A stretch of DNA of 61,875 nucleotides, filler included, from Choristocarpus tenellus KU-1152 (taxonomy: Eukaryota; Protista; Phaeophyceae): assembly GCA_964200185.2 (NCBI GenBank). It is 15 parts of 15 records of this genome, joined end to end, with 100 filler letters (N's around TTAATTAATTAA, not from the genome) between each part and the next. Parts side by side here need not be neighbours in the genome. Positions count along the whole stretch, not along the records: positions 55,669 to 61,875 come from CAXNAD020008681.1; 14 more parts are not named here. One strand, 5' to 3'. The notes under the pieces were generated by a model. It was given only the letters and a program-made list of their open reading frames with translations, ran no database searches and was not told the DNA's origin. Below, piece after piece: positions 59,391 through 61,875 of this stretch (position 1 is the stretch's first letter; every line of letters begins with the position of its first letter). The position numbers and the translations under genes were made by a program.

Positions 59391-61529
59391 ATGACTATTT
59401 CTAGTTGTGTAAATCCGCGGGTGGTGGCAAATTCTCCCACACAAGTAGGAGACCGACCTGCCAAAAAGCGTAACTCCACCGCTCGAGTGGTAGGGTCTGC
59501 CACCGCAGGAGTCAGTGAACTTCTCTTGTTCCATCCTGTAGATACGGTGGCTAAGCGACTCATGTCTAACCAAGGTAGTTTAGGTCATGGATCCTTAGTG
59601 GAGAAGGCCTCTACTCTAAACAAGGTGATTCGATAGAGGGGGGTGTAGATAGATCAATCTGCGATCTTTCCATTAGGTGGGTCACGGAGAGGGTGCAGAG
59701 GTTGAACTGATCAATGAGTGACATTTTTGATTGAAGAGCATGCCACAAAGCCAAAGGATGTTTTAGTATCCCAAAATCTGTCGGGCTCCACTGGTATGCA
59801 ATACTCGATCCCTTCCTGATACATGACTAGCGTAGAATCCATGCTTGGTTCCTTTTCCTGCTTTTTTCCAATAGGTAATTTTTCGGGATGCTTCAGGTTA
59901 CAGCACGACACGCAAGTACCTCAGCCTCTTCCCTGGGCTGGGTTTTGGGGCAGGCTACAAAATACTTCAGCGAGTCTACAAATTTGGGGGACAGGTGTGT
60001 TGTAAAGAAAGTCCGAGTTAGCAAGGACAAGTGAGGTACTTATCCTTCAAGAAGAAATACGTATACCCTTGTAAAACCGCAATACACACGACCTAACGGG
60101 TTCCCTCTTTTTTGCTAATCTCGCTGCTGTTGGTCTGACTCCCTTATTTGCAATAGAAATGTGATTCGAGATTCGTTTTCCAACGAGAGTGCGGTGTGTG
60201 TAAGTCAAAGTATATGCTCCACATCTTTGACATCTATTTAGGCTCATCGAAGAGGGTTACCAAGGACCTGATCTAACGTCAGGAAAATCAACCTGTTACC
60301 CTTCAGTCAGTTTTCTTGCTCAATCTCTCCCGGACCGATCTGTACCACAAAGGTACTATTTTTCTGATCTTGGTATTTGAGTCTCCACCGTATCCTTCGC
60401 TTTCAGCAAAGGAGACACAGGCCCGCCCGCCGGTAACTTATCTTCAGCAACCGACTATTGGGCCCCCACTTCTGTCTTCTATTCTTGTGTTGTAGCCATT
60501 TGCTAGAGACTATATGGCCAAAACCCATGGGGACACCTTCCGAAAGGCTTTTGGTGACCGTCACGCCACACCAATGATGGAGGCCACTGCTGGGAGCATG
60601 ATTGGGGTGGGAGAGGTAAGCACGCCTCTATTGTTTATTTCAACCATGCGTTGTGCTTTGTTTTGATTTGTAAGGCATTAAGATTTGTTCAGTGGTGTCT
60701 GAGGCTGTGTTGGTGTGTTTTTGGTGACACTGCAACTGTTGATTTAATAAGTTTCATTAGTTGCTGTTGCTACTATAATACTGATTTTTAGTATCACTGG
60801 AAGCTTCTGAGTGTCATGAGTGCACCAAAGAGTTGCATCTTAACATGACAACATATCGAACTTCATCTGAGGAAAAAGGGTGCTACCAACCTCCCCATTG
60901 AATTGAGGCTGGACTCTGTGAATTACTCATCTCCATCACTCAACATCCCGAGGGGCAGTGCTCAGTAGAGTGCAAGAATATATGCTGGAATGAACTTGCA
61001 TTTGATAGGTGGTAATTGATGCTTGACTAACCCTAAGTTTTACCCAAGGTGTCCAGAGGGTTGAATGCAAGGCGGTGAGTGAGAAAGAACTCACAAACAA
61101 GAGACTGCAAACAAGCAACATTATCGAAACATCTTATACTTGAACATGTGGTGCTACTGCTGTGACAGTATTACTACCTTCAATCTCAGCTCCTGCCCCA
61201 TGATCGCGTTGTCCCAGCTCTACTCAAAAATGTCCCACACCCACTTGACTTGGCTACCAGATTGCTCTGCTTCCCCTGGATGTGCTAAAGATCAAGGCTC
61301 AGACAAATCCGAAGAGCTTGGGAGGGAGGGGTATTGTGAGCATTTTCAGAACTGAGGGATTCGGACTTTACCGTGGAGCAGGCTGGACTGCTGCTCGGAA
61401 TGCTCCAGGGTCATTTGCATTATTTGGGGGTGCAGCCATAACCAAAGAGTTTGTGTTTGGACTGGAAAGACCGGGGGATGCTACGCTGTTTCAGGCGTTT
61501 TGCGCATCTATTGCCGGGGCAGTATCTAG
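59391..61529 (+). CDS. GGC1: Mitochondrial GTP/GDP carrier (SLC25), GGC1-like, 5' part
   Basis: Exons 59391-59624, 59875-59994, 60496-60615 and 61261-61529: ARVVGSATAGVSELLLFHPVDTVAKRLMSNQ..SLFPGLGFGAGYKILQRVYKFGGQ|PFARDY..ATAGSMIGVGE|IALLPLDVLKIKAQTNP..LYRGAGWTAARNAPGSFALFGG. These are characteristic of fungal Ggc1/Yhm1. Confidence 0.92.
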
Positions 61530-61875
61530 GTGAGGAGGGCAACAAGGTATAGTCAATTAGCGCTGCATGTTGAACTCAAGAGTGAGGTGAGGTATGTATG
61601 TGTTCCATGATTTCTGGGGTTATAGGAGTACACTGCCACGGATTGGTGTGTGCATGACTGTCCCCATCAATGGTTCTGGTTTCCATGGCAAGGAAGGTTG
61701 CCCGTGTTGTGAAATCCATGGTGTTGCATGTACATCTTTGTTCCAGTTGTTATGTAGTTGACAGTTCTGGACGATGTTATGGGGAGGGGGGGGGGGGGGG
61801 CAGGGAAGGGCGATTGGGTGGGGGGGGGTTGGTCCGGGGCCGCCGGCCCGGTGAGGTCTTTTGTGATGGGGTTGT

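Overview
Eukaryotic nuclear DNA, most likely from a brown alga or close ochrophyte relative. This is inferred from the EsV-1-7 repeat gene, a flagellar assembly gene, long spliceosomal introns and scattered TTAGGG-like motifs. The window is not one locus: it is 15 short contigs (about 2.6-6.2 kb) joined by an artificial 100-nt linker (N44-TTAATTAATTAA-N44), so adjacency across linkers is meaningless and most genes are truncated. Recognisable gene pieces, with exons assembled by hand and splice phases checked, are a plant-type CCR4 deadenylase N-terminus, a SulP transporter exon, a calcyphosin-like EF-hand protein, a COPI-associated membrane protein, an EsV-1-7 cysteine-repeat protein, WDR33/FY, an intronless KA1+ARM protein, domain IV of a Cav-like channel, and DNAAF11/LRRC6 head-to-head with a GGC1-like mitochondrial carrier. 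The rest is rich in transposons: RTE-like LINE remnants, a chromodomain Gypsy integrase remnant, solo LTRs, and up to five related MITE families with GAG/GGG/GGC termini and 3-4 bp TSDs. The most striking observation is a solo-LTR family (20470-20897 and 45314-45735, both with 4-bp TSDs) whose LTR carries an internal primer-binding site between two copies of the U5 end. In one copy this is exactly positions 27-76 of a mature tRNA-Ile, with CCA and G at position 34, apparently a fossil cDNA of the modified primer tRNA. A decayed ParB/Srx-like ORF is also present. All family assignments come from motif recognition; no searches were run.
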